A stretch of DNA of 64,000 bases. It comes from Vicugna vicugna. Taxonomy: Eukaryota. The position numbers were made by a program, and so were the translations under genes. The stretch is taken from NCBI GenBank assembly GCA_013265495.1, contig MU058384.1, positions 6,406,956 through 6,470,955 of the forward strand. The letters are read 5' to 3'. This document shows, in pieces, positions 38,114 through 49,600 of this stretch. The notes beneath the pieces are model-generated. The model was not told where the DNA came from. It worked only from the letters and a program-made list of their open reading frames with translations, and ran no database searches. The stretch's first letter is position 1. Each line of letters starts with the position of its first letter.

Positions 38114-39647
38114 GGGGGGAGGGTATGTTCTTTAAGGCAAGTTTTAAATTTAAGTAATATCTCTTAATTGATGTCACATAGATAATGAGAGAAAAGGCTG
38201 GGATAATTAGAGAATACACATAAAACAGTCAAAACCTTAATGATACTTTCAGTTTTTTATTAAAACATACTGTTTTGAATGTGCTGATCTGGCAAAGAAT
38301 GACCTTTTGGCTCTGAAAATTATTTTTCCTGTAATGTTAAATGAGTGTCAAGAAATTAATCCTCCCAACACACTTATAGAAGCAATAATAGTATGAGTTG
38401 GTTATGAGCCGCTTTGATAGGGTACTGTAAAGCCCTTTAGTCTTTAAAGAGTCCTGGCATTAGGTAACTTTAATTGTTGGTTTCAGATGTCAGGCTCCAT
38501 CAGGAACACAGCTGGAGACTGATAGGTGTCACTTGGGAATAAGCATTTTGGATTACTTTGAAGTCAATTGGACTGAACATGAAAATTTTATAGTTAGTGG
38601 CAGATTTCTTTTTAAGATATTTAAGTAAAGTATCCCTTAAACCAATTACATTAAAAACTATCCAGAAGACGAAACCTCAAAGGAAAATTCTCCTCAGTGG
38701 CGAAGTGTTAATCAAATAAACCAAGAAAACAATTTTTCCCAAACAAATCCGTAATTTCCGTGCTCAGGGGTGTCCTCCTTTGCATAAAGTCCATTTTAAC
38801 TCTTGTTCTTTCTTTTCTGAGCATCTTTTGTTTTGAATAGTTATTTTAGAAAGTTGCAGAAAAGGAAGCACGCACAGGATAAGGGCAAGGATAAGGGTAG
38901 GAGGGTGGGGGACAGCAGGGGGCCCTTTGGGAGTTCCATCTGTGCCTGGCTGCCGTGACTGACTCCTCACGCCTTCTTTGGAAAAGGTGAGCCTCCCTAG
39001 AGGACACCAGGCTAACGCCTCCCGGTCCTCAGAGCTGTGTCCTTCGCACAGAGCGTGGCTTCAGACCGACTCTCACACTCGGGCAGGTAGGGGGCAGCAA
39101 GGGCGTCTTCTCTCACTGATTCAAATGTTTCCATTTTGTTTCCTACTAGAACGATTATATAAATCGGTTTTTAATTGATTTATGATTTATAGCAGAATTA
39201 AAACACCCTCGAATCAAAATGAAAAGTAACCTAATATTAAAGTCCATGGATTCCAAATTAGTGAGCAGATGAAAGTCGACAAGTGATAAACCATGTGCTG
39301 TTCTGGCATGAGGCAAAGAATTGCTCTGTTACAAAAAAGCAGAATCAAAAAAATAAAAGAATATGTGGTACATAAATTGATTGACTTCAATGTTTTATCC
39401 AAAGTTATGTCCACCCTGCTCTCAAGTTTTCCAGCTCTTAGTTAACTCCTACTTCAATACAAACAGCCAAGTATTAACACCAGACTAATCGCTTCATGCT
39501 TTATTCCCTCAATCTTCTGCCTCTTGGCATTCCCTATAATACCTATAATAGTATTAAACAGCTTCTTCTATTCTTTGCTTGGATCACCAGAGAAATGTTT
39601 GTTCTGGACACTTCATGTATTATATTTACTGATACACATAAACAACA

Positions 39648-39755
39648 GGGTGGGGAGGATACAGCTCAGTGGCAGAGTGCATGCTTAGCATGCGTGAGGT
39701 CCTGGGTTCAATCCCCAGTACCTCCATTAAATAAATAAATAAATAAACCTAAAAA
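39648..39755 (+). mobile_element. tRNA-Ala-derived SINE (Vic-1-like)
   Basis: GGGGAGGATACAGCTCAGTGGCAGAGTGCATGCTTAGCATGCGTGAGGTCCTGGGTTCAATCCCCAGTACCTCCA, followed by (TAAA)n and AAACCT. Confidence 0.94.
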
Positions 39756-41267
39756 ATAAACAGACTGATTCTAGGGTGATGACTGTTATAGGAGTATCTG
39801 ATACCACAGAACATTTGGGTTTTTCCTCATCATCCAGTTGTCCAACCATCTGCAAACACATGAATTTGCATTTTTTTAAGAGTTAGAGAGACAATGATTA
39901 AGTATATAAATGAAAACTCTGTAAGAAGGGAAGCTATCATAAACACTATACAGTCACGGAGTTAGAAGAGTAAAATGCATTTGAAGGAGTGGGACTATCA
40001 GAGGCATAGGCAGCTCTTCCTCATAATCAGTTTTAACACTTTACAGCTTCGCATCACACAGCTTTATGTCCCTAATTTTTCCCCTTTACCACACAGATCA
40101 GAGATCATAATGCAAGGAGCACTATGCCAGAAATCCAGAGCCTGGGTACCAGGTCCATTTTTTCTACCATTTGTTGTTGTTTAGTTCAGTTTTCCAATCT
40201 GCAGTAAAAGAGAACCCAGCTCAGTGATTTATCTCTAAGGCCCGCTCCAGCCTTAATACTGATGGTGCCACCTCCCTTTTTTATAGTTGATTGTTTGCCA
40301 GCCAATGAATAAGCATTTAATTGTTGCCTCACATGTACCTAGGTTTGATGAATCTCTTGGTGACTAAATAAATCTGTTTTCCAACTGAGGCCAAGTCTAT
40401 AAAGTAAATTAAATCAATAGCATAAGGACTGCTCTACTCAAATTTCTGCAGGTTTTCTGTAAAGAGTAACTGAGGGTCAGGGAGCAACTGCATGCATGGA
40501 TCCGGCTGCTAATTTAGCATCAGAGAACCTGTGCTAATCCAGGATAATTACTTTTCAGGTCCAGCTTATCATGAGTGTGTGAATATGGCCATTATTCAGA
40601 TGGTGTCCTGTAACAACTTCCAAGTGATGGGAGGAGAGGAAGATGTGACACATATTAGTAGACATATTTACATGGAGTGAAAAAAGGTATTGGGGAAATC
40701 AATTAAACTCCCACAAATATATACATACAAGTAGATGTCTTTAATCAAGACTGGAACTGCCCACAGGGTTGTATAGTGACAGATTGACTGCTTTGATCTA
40801 TTAAGAAAATTGCTTTCTTCCAAAATGTCTCACCCACAGCTTTGTAAAGGATTTCCAACATTCTACCATTAAGAATTAATTCTTTTGGGGTAAACCAAGA
40901 TTTGCCTGTTCACCCGGACATTTCTTTGGCTAGGTGTCCCATAAGGCTTTGAAGCTCTCGTACTGGGACTTTTCTTTTTCTAATATAATAGCAAAGTGGG
41001 TTACACTTTAAGAACGTATCACATAATGAAAATGTATTGATATGGGCTAGGGAGAGGCAGTGTTTGAGTAGCCTGGGAAGCACAGGTCTGGGAAAAGTGT
41101 TCCAGTGGAGAAAATGGGAACCAGAAAGGTTCAGAAGAGGAGTCTCAGACCCCAGGGAAAAAAAGTGAACAAAAAGGGGAGATAGGAGAATAACAAAAGA
41201 TGTACTTAGTTAACTTCCTGCTCTGTTGAGAGCCTGTTGCTGGCTTATGCTTACATCTGGGGTATTT

Positions 41268-41434
41268 TTTTTAAAATTGAAGCATAGTTCACTTATAATA
41301 TTAAATTAGTTCCAGGTATACAACATGGTGATTTGATATTTTTATAGAGTACACACCATACAAATTGATTACAAAATATTGACTACATTCCCTGAGCTAT
41401 ACATTACATTCCTGTTATTTATAACTGGTAGTTT
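41268..41434 (-). mobile_element. L1 3'-end fragment
   Basis: TTTTAAAATTGAAGCATAGTTCACTTATAATATT...AGGTATACAACATGGTGATT (antisense L1 3' tail), flanked by the TSD GGGTATTTTT. Confidence 0.8.
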
Positions 41435-41774
41435 GGGTATTTTTGATAAAATGTTGCTTCCGATTCTTTTATATGAGTACTTTAAGCATTTTATTTACAT
41501 TTATACCACTTGGAAACTTGTGTCAGGCAAAGTGTTCTGGTTAACTCTAGTTCCCTTATATATTAGGATAACCCCAGGTAAATTGATTGATTTCTCTAAA
41601 TCTGATGTCGAGATAAAGAGCCACTTTTCCTCATTTCTAATTCTAGAAAGCTCATTGGATAAAGGGCAGGTAGATAAAGAAGGGTTACTACCAACATAGT
41701 AGCAAAGTTAAAAATACTACAGATAAATGTTATGTTAAAGATATCTGTAGCATTCTTTTTGTAGTAAGGTATGT

Positions 41775-41965
41775 AATAATATTAGCCAACTTTATTGGGT
41801 ACTTACCCAGTGTATTACGTGGATAATCTCCTTTAGTCCTGACAACTTTAAAAGGTAGATATCATTTTAAGCCCATTTTACAGATGAGAAAACAAAGACT
41901 TAGGTCAGTCACTTAGTCGAGCTCACTCTGCTAAGCAGAAAGCACAACAGAGATTCAAATCCGGG
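41775..41965 (-). mobile_element. MIR SINE
   Basis: CCCATTTTACAGATGAGAAAACAAAGACTTAG...GATTCAAATCC. Confidence 0.75.
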
Positions 41966-42919
41966 TTAATGAGTTTATGGAGATGAACTGACGAACAATT
42001 CTAGGAGATAGCTCACTATAGTCATCAAATATTAATTGGCTCATACCATTAGGGAAAAGAAAACAGACAGAAAAAGCCACACCAAAAGATGATTATTTGC
42101 TGTGGCATTTATGGAATGATGTAAAAAATACATAGGTTTATGGACTTAGAGTCATGTTAAATTAAATCAGGCTGAGCTGAAATTGTCAGTAACCAGGGTT
42201 CCTGCGGCACCCTTCCAAGCAGATTGATGGGCTATCTGTTATACAGATTGAATTAAGAGGTCATTGCCAAAACCACAGACTTACAGTATACCTGTGACTA
42301 AGTAAGAAATTTCAGAAAAAAACGGAAAGCACAACTGACAGTGTTAGTAACTTGGCATTATTGTTATTCTCTGCATGGCTGCTTGAATTCTTTTAGGAGG
42401 AGCACTGATGGGAACATTCTTCAGGCTGGTTCAAATGCTGTGGGCTAATTAATTCTGGGTGACTTTCAGGGAAGCTGTGCTTTTGGTTAAGGTGACCACA
42501 CAAGTAGGGTAACATTACCATAGTGGCAGCCGTGGCTGAGAGACACACCAGCTAAGGCTACAATGTTTATTCCATCCTGCCCTCGCTTGTTCTAGTTCTC
42601 TGCATTTTTCCCCCATTGGGGTTTTGATATGATGTCAGCTCAGCAGAATCTTGACTTCGAACTGGATTTTCCTCAGCCCCAATTTAAGATGAAAAATAAC
42701 ATAAATGTGTAACTTGGATAGTAAATATCATCCATTTTCTAAAGTAGGGTATTGTTTCAAATGGTCTACATGGCTAAAGACAGGAGCTGTATTCATGTGT
42801 TACCTAGAAGAACACTCAAGGGCTAAGACAAATAGCAGTGATACTATGTCTAGACATTTTTCCCAGACTTTCTATACTTTGCTTGCCTCTATGCTCCTGT
42901 GATTAGAGTTCTTTTTTCA

Positions 42920-43770
42920 AATACTAGAAATCAGCAAGAAAAAGGCTATCATAGAAAACCAGATGAAATTCTTTAATATGTACTTCACAAAAAAAGGTAT
43001 ATAGGAAACTAATAAACAGAGAAAAAGATTTTCAATTTCACTGCCATCAACATAATGCAAATTAAAATTATGGTAAGATGTTATTATCTACATACAAAAT
43101 AACAATAAGGAAAAGGCAAACAATACCAAGTATTGAGGGGGATTTGGGAAAAAATGAAACTCTTACCCTTTAATATTGGCGAACCATTTTGGAAAACTTT
43201 TTGTGAGTGTCTGCTAAAGGTGAACATATGTGTGCTCTGTGACCCAGCAATTTTACTTCTAGGTATACATACTCACCAGAAATGCAAAATTATGTTTGCC
43301 ACAAACCAAAACGAAATCACAAACAAAAACATGTAAAGAATATTTATGGCTAAATAAAATTCATGGCCTAAACTGGAAACTACTCAAATGGAATCAACAA
43401 TAGGATGAATAAGTAAATTGTGGCATACTCACACAATGGAATATTATATACACAACGAGAATCACTAATACTTGCAATAATACAGAGGAATTTCATAGGC
43501 ATAATGTTAAGTGAAAAAAGCCAGACACAAAGGAGTCCAAATGGCATAATTCAATTCAAGTAAAGTACAAAATGGACAAAACATGTTTCTTTGGACGTTA
43601 GAATTGAGCAGTCTCTTGGGGATATAGCATTTGGTAAAGGCTTTTGGGTTGTTGGTAATGTTCTATTTCTTGATCCGGACGCTGGTTACATGTGTTTCCT
43701 TGAGTTGCACACTTATAACTAAGGCATTTTTCCTGAACTTATGTTATTCTTTCAATAAAATCATTTTGTA
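42920..43770 (+). mobile_element. Old L1 (L1MC/L1ME-like) 3' fragment
   Basis: ATGCAAATTAAAA...TGACCCAGCAATTTTACTTCTAGGTATAC...AAACTGGAAACTACTCAAATG...CACAATGGAATATTAT...AAAAGCCAGACACAAAGGAGT...TGGTAATGTTCTATTTCTTGATC. Confidence 0.82.
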
Positions 43771-44360
43771 AAAGGAGTGAGAGGAGAGTTCTTTCCTACA
43801 TTAATCTGAGTATCACATCAGTGAGGCTGTGTTTATTAGATCAGTTAGCAATCTTTTTGAAAAGCAGGCAATAGAGTCCTGACAGAATGGAACTGGGGTC
43901 AAGAAAGTTTTGTTTTGGATAAAAAGGAGGAAGAAAATCTGGAAGAATTCTGAGTACAGGAGAGCTCACATTAGGCCCAGATGGAGGGTCATCATGGGTG
44001 CAGCTTCATCTAGGTGGCGATTTATGGAGGGATACCTTAAAGGGTCTGGATCAGAATGGATACAAGTAGATAATGGGAAAAAGTGATGCTGCGACATAAA
44101 CTGGAAAGCTGGAGGGTAGAACCTAAAAACAAACTTCCCTTATTTCATAATTTGCCCAGGGCTAGAATTCATGTTGATGTTATTCCAAGTGACATAGAGT
44201 TTAATTAAACGTTCCCTAAAAATCAGAACAGTATATCTTTCTCTTTGCAAGCCTCAGTGTTCTTAATACAGTGTTTCTCTTTTAGTTCTTCATTAGCAAT
44301 TCACTAGGAGAAGGGCTGAGAATGGGGGAAAAGAAATGGTACTGAGTCCACGCAGAACAT

Positions 44361-44449
44361 CACAGGGAACTATATTCAATACCTTGTATTAACCTATGTT
44401 GAAAAAGAATACGAAAAGGAATATATATATATATGTATATATATGTGTG

Positions 44450-44480
<31 letters not shown>

Positions 44481-44597
44481 ATGTATATATATGTGTGTGT
44501 GTGTATATATATATATGTATATAACTGAATCACTGTGCTGTACACCAGAAACTAACACAACATTGTAAATCAACTATACTTCAATTAAAAAATTTTA
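44361..44597 (+). mobile_element. Younger L1 3'-end fragment with an internal (TA)/(TG) microsatellite
   Basis: CACAGGGAACTATATTCAATACCTTG...ATAACTGAATCACTGTGCTGTACACCAGAAACTAACACAACATTGTAAATCAACTATACTTCAATTAAAAAA, with TSD-like AGTCC..AGAACAT on both sides. Confidence 0.88.
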
Positions 44598-46749
44598 AGA
44601 AGTCCTATAGAACATTCATTCTGCAGTGATTCCAAATAGTGAATGTTTACCAACAAGACTGTGATTTTATACATGAATCCAATGCAACTCAAAATAGTTC
44701 CAATACTAAACTACAATGGCATACAAGGGCTTCAATTACTACTGTTATTCAAGAGATAATTTTATTTAAGGAAGATAATTTTCTACATGTATTTATCCTC
44801 TTATTTCATAAATACTTGATGAATTCCTGTCATATGCCACTATTCAGCACTTCTTTTAAAACCTATAAGAATATGAACTATAGAAACACTCCCAAGCATG
44901 AATGCCTTGAAGAATTTGAAACTGTGACTAAAATGTAAATCATAATTTTTTTAATAAAAGAGATGGTATGCACCCAAAATAGAATATGGTCTTTAGAAAT
45001 CCTTCTGCTGAGTTAACAAATATGGCAGAGACTGGAGAAATAAATAAAATAGTAGAAAATAGCCTGCATTTTAAATTCTACTGAATATGCTTCTAATATC
45101 AGTTAAAAATGTTTACTTTTCCCTGTATGTTTAACAGTATTACCATGCGAGTATTGAGCCCTTGGAATGGAACTCTTACGGTGTTTATTTTTGTCCATGT
45201 GTTGAAACGGCACCCTTTCTTATGAGGAGAACATGCAGTAGTCATTTATTTTCATCTCATTTTTCTGGGACCTGTTACTCTCCTGGGCTGCAACAGAGAC
45301 CACAGTTCCCATAGACATTTTCAATCTCTGTGGATGCCTTTCTTTTGCTCAAACATAGCAAAGACGACCTCAAACCAAGACGTGCAAAGTCGAGCTAAAG
45401 AGATTTTCAACTTCTTTCCTCTCTGACTGATTGATTCCTCTTAGCACTGAAGACTTTGTTTCTGTCTTTCAACAAAAAAGCTGCTTAATCTCCACAGGGT
45501 TTCCATCCTATGACTCTTTTCTCCTTCCTGCAGCCAATTTCCTTGTTTTTAAAAGAAGATACCTGGCACCTCATAGTTTGAAATAGAAACATATGTCCTT
45601 AAATCAGCAGCCTGTTTTGAACTTAGGAAGTGATCAATTGAAGTTTGAGGATTTCATATTTCTTGGGAAAGGGCTGGCCCACCTTTCCTAGGCTGGGCTG
45701 GCCCACCTTCCCTAGGCTAGCCTGGCCCTGAGTCTTAGAAGCATACTTCTGAGACCCCTAACCCCCATAAAAAACTCTATCGTTATCTGCTATTGCAATT
45801 AACAGAGCTCTGGGACAGAATTCTAGGTGTGATACAAAATTATGCTTTGAAAGTTGTGCTTTTGGGGTGTGTTTTTCATTGACCATCAAAGGCATTTTCC
45901 TTATGAGCTTGTTGTAATCCTCCTTCTTAGATAAATCTCATCTTCCCCATCACAAACCACAGAAGGCTTATAGACAATGAGTAATTCCAGTGTTAACTGA
46001 ATACTATAATTCTAATGACACCTTTTGTGATAGGTTACATGAATACTACTGGGAATAACACTGTTTAAATCTAGACTCCTAAAAAATACTTAGTTTCATT
46101 TATGTCAATACCCAGTGGCTTAAGAAGTTACCTAAACTTAATGTTTGCTTCATCAATAAAAATTAAAATAATTCTTTATTATGTCATTTGGGCAGTGTTT
46201 CAAATTTTCAGAAATAATATTATAAAGATTATTAAAAATTAATATTTTCCACAAATGTTGTTTTCCTGAAATTTAATAATGAGGAAGTTATGTTTTCTTC
46301 AAGAAAAAAAAAAGAATTAGAGCATTGCTAAGAATCTTAAAATTCTCGTAATTTACAGATGGAAAAAAACTATTTTGAGGAAATCTGTCACGTTCAGTGT
46401 CACCAGGAACTCAGATACTTAATGATCATTGTTCCTGCAAAGGAGTTACTCTTCACATATTCTGGAAAGAGGAACAATTCAGATTTCTAAAATGATAGAA
46501 ACTGAACACAGAAACTATAAACTTGCCAATGATTAGACTGAATCAAAGATAGTTATAATAAATTACACCATCTTCTTCTTATTATTATTAAAGAATAAAA
46601 TGAAAACCAAGAAATATATTAAATACTGTAGTTACAAATTTAAATACAATAGAATACAACATACATCAAAAAATATTTTTAATAACCCAGACTCTGATGC
46701 AGTCTGCTAGGGGAGAAAAGACCAAGCCTCACGGGGAGAATTATTAACA

Positions 46750-46925
46750 GCCCTAAAGCCTCAGTGATCTCATGTGAAAAAGGGAGTCAGTATAATACCT
46801 ACTTCATAAATTAAATAAAATAATGGAAATTAAACAAGTTGATGCCTGTAAATTATTTAGCATAGTGCTTGGAACATAGCTGACATTCAGTAAATTTTAG
46901 CTATTTTTATATTGTCATTATTACC
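46750..46925 (+). mobile_element. MIR SINE fragment
   Basis: GCCTCAGTGATCTCATGTGAAAAAGGGAG...ATAATACCTACTTCATA...TTAGCATAGTGCTTGGAACATAG...CAGTAAAT. Confidence 0.7.
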
Positions 46926-46939
46926 ATGTTACATACAGA

Positions 46940-47445
46940 GGAGTCTTGCTAGTCACAGTAGTAATGTTCCAAAAACTTCCTTCAAAAAGTTGATTAGCAA
47001 ATATTGAATCATTGTCCCCAAAGGAAATACAGGGTTAGGCTCCTGAAAGCCTCTAGTCACAATATTTTCATTTGGTGAACAATATATAACTTGTTCTTTG
47101 TGTGTTTCTGTTAAAGATGCTTTATCTAATATATATTATTGATTCAGTAACATTGAACTTGACCAACAGCCCTAGAACTCAAGTCTAAATAAAGCTTATC
47201 TAATATACATATCTTCTCCATAAAGCACATCACAGCCTTCCTGCACACAGGAACACGAGACAGTCCTTGAGAGCCATTTTAAATAGTAAAGTCACCAAGA
47301 AAAAGCACAAAAAAACTGAAAAATGTCACATAAGTGGACAGTGAAAAGGACAAGCTCTATGAGTACCAGTTTCAGGGTTACAAATAAATGTTAGCCATGA
47401 GGTGAATATGCAAATACAGAATCCACAAGTGAGGAGGATCGACTA
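46940..47445. mobile_element. MER82-like TcMar-Tigger DNA transposon (internally deleted)
   Basis: GGAAATACAGGGTTAGGCTCCTG...CACATCACAGCCTTCCTGCAC...GGGTTACAAATAAAT...GCAAATACAGAATCCACAAGTGAGGAGGATCGACT matches the MER82 consensus as recalled. Confidence 0.78.
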
Positions 47446-49177
47446 TATTGAGCTTTTGAAGAACTGAAATCAATTCAGTTTGTCTAGATAAGAGTGTTCA
47501 AGAGAGAAGCAGCAAGGAAAGAAGCTGGGGGTTTACACTCATGCTATTAAAGGCAGGATCTGGTAAGCCCTGTTAAGTTAGTCCTTTTTCTAATAATAAT
47601 GGGACACCATCATGACAGCACGGTCATAGTTAGATTTGTGTTTTATAAAGATCACTGTCACCTAGAACAGAACTGACTCCTAAAATGGTGCCTTGTACAT
47701 TGTGTACACTTAATAGTTACTGAATAAATTTCATATTTACTGAATGATTGACTGCAGTGAAGAGATTAGTTTTGTTGGGGTCAGAGACAAGGCTGGAGGC
47801 AGGGAGACTTTAAGATGCTACTGCTATTCAGTGGTGTACTAGACGTTCTGGCCAGGGCAATCTGGTAGGAAATGAAACAAAAGGCATTCAGATTAGAAAA
47901 GAAAAAGTAAATCTATCTCTATTTGGAGATGACATGATCTTATATTAGAAATTCCTAAATATTCTACTAAAAATTATTAGAATGAATAATTTCAGCAAGG
48001 TTTCATGATACGAGCTCAATATGCAAAATCCAATTTTATTTCTATACACTAGGAATGAGCAAACCAAAAATGAAATTAAGAAAATAATTCTATTTACAAT
48101 AAAATAAAAAAATAAAATGCTTAGGTACAAATTTAGCAAAAATCACAAAACTAATAACTCTGAAAACTGGGAAATGTTTTTGAAAGAAATTAAAGACTTT
48201 AATAAATGGAAAGACATCCATAATCATGGATTGAAAGATTTAATATTGTTAAGACTGCAACAGTCCCCAAATTGATCTGCAGATTCAATACAATCCCTGT
48301 GGAAATTACAACTTTTTGTTGTTGTGGTGGTTGCTGTTGTTGCAGACATTGACAAGCTGATGCTAAAATTTATGTGAAAATCAACTAACCAACAGCCAAA
48401 ACAATCTTAAAACAGAACAAAGCTGAAGGACTCACACTTCCTGGTCTGAAAACTGACTATGAAGCTACTGTAATCATGATAGGGTGGCATTAGCATAAAT
48501 AAAGACATTAATGCTAATAAAATAGAACTGAGAGTCCAGAAATAGACTCTCTTTGTGATAAGTTGATTTTCAACTTAGGCACCAAGACATTTCAATAAGG
48601 GAAGAGTAGTCTCTTCAACAAGTGGTGATGGAATAACTAGAAACCTCATACAAAAGAATGAAGCGGCACCCCTAACTCACAACATACACAAAAGTTAACT
48701 CAAAATTGATGAAAGATCCAAATGTGAGAGCTGAAACTATAAAACTCTTAGAAGAAAACAAAAATGTAGATCTTTGTCACCACGAATTTGTCGATTGTTT
48801 TTTACATATCATACCCAAAACCCAAGCAACAGCAGTAGGACAACAAAAGAGAAACAAATTTTGTGCTTCAAAGGACACCATCAAGAAAATGCAAAAACTA
48901 CCCACAGGGTGGGAAAAATTTGTAAATCATGTATCTGACAAGAGACTTACATCTAGCATATATAAATAATGATTATAACTCAGCAATAAAAAAACAAGCC
49001 AATTTAAAATAGACTAAGAATATGAATAGACAGTTATCCAAAGAAGATACACAAATAGCCAATAAGCACAGAAAAAAAAATCCTTAATTTCATTAGCTAT
49101 CATAAAAATGCAAATCAAAGCCACAATGAGATATCACTTCATACCTACTAGGACAGCTAAAATCAAAAAGGCAGATA

Positions 49178-49378
49178 GCACAGTAAACTATTCTATATCC
49201 TGTAGTAACTTATGGTGAAAAAGAATATGGAAACAAATATATGTGTGTTCATGTATGACTGAAGCATTTTGCTGCGCACCAGAAATTGACACAACATTGT
49301 AAATTGACTATACATATATATATATATATATATACACTATATATATTGACTATACATATATATATACACACAAAAAAA
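49178..49378 (+). mobile_element. Younger L1 3'-end fragment nested in the older L1
   Basis: GCACAGTAAACTATTCTATATCCTGTAG...CACCAGAAATTGACACAACATTGTAAATTGACTATAC, with TSD AAAAGGCAGATA / AAATGGCAGATA. Confidence 0.85.
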
Positions 49379-49510
49379 AATGGCAGATAATAATAACAAG
49401 CATTGGCCAGGATGTGGAGAAATTGGAACCCTCACACTGTCGTGGGGATGTAAAATGGTGTAGCTTCTTTGGAAAACAGTCTGGTAGTTTCTCAAAAAGT
49501 GAAACATAAT

Positions 49511-49600
49511 GGAGTGGGTATAGCCTACTACAGTGTATGCTTAGTATGCATGAAGTCCTGGATTCAATCCCTAGTACCTTCCTTAAAAAAAAACAAAAAA
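49511..49600 (+). mobile_element. tRNA-Ala-derived SINE, short form, nested in L1
   Basis: GGGTATAGCC...GTATGCTTAGTATGCATGAAGTCCTGGATTCAATCCCTAGTACCT plus an A tail. Confidence 0.85.

Noticed and set aside
45671..45730. 24-bp tandem duplication GGGCTGGCCCACCTT(T/C)CCTAGGCT (similar short duplications at ~2430, ~49960 and ~57950)
   Set aside because: These are two-copy local slippage duplications with no spacers or array structure; not CRISPR-like.
48706..48969. 87-aa ORF resembling L1 ORF2 (also the ORFs at 36067, 36930, 47945 and 49350-49849)
   Set aside because: These are fragments or antisense frames of decayed L1; there is no intact reverse transcriptase.
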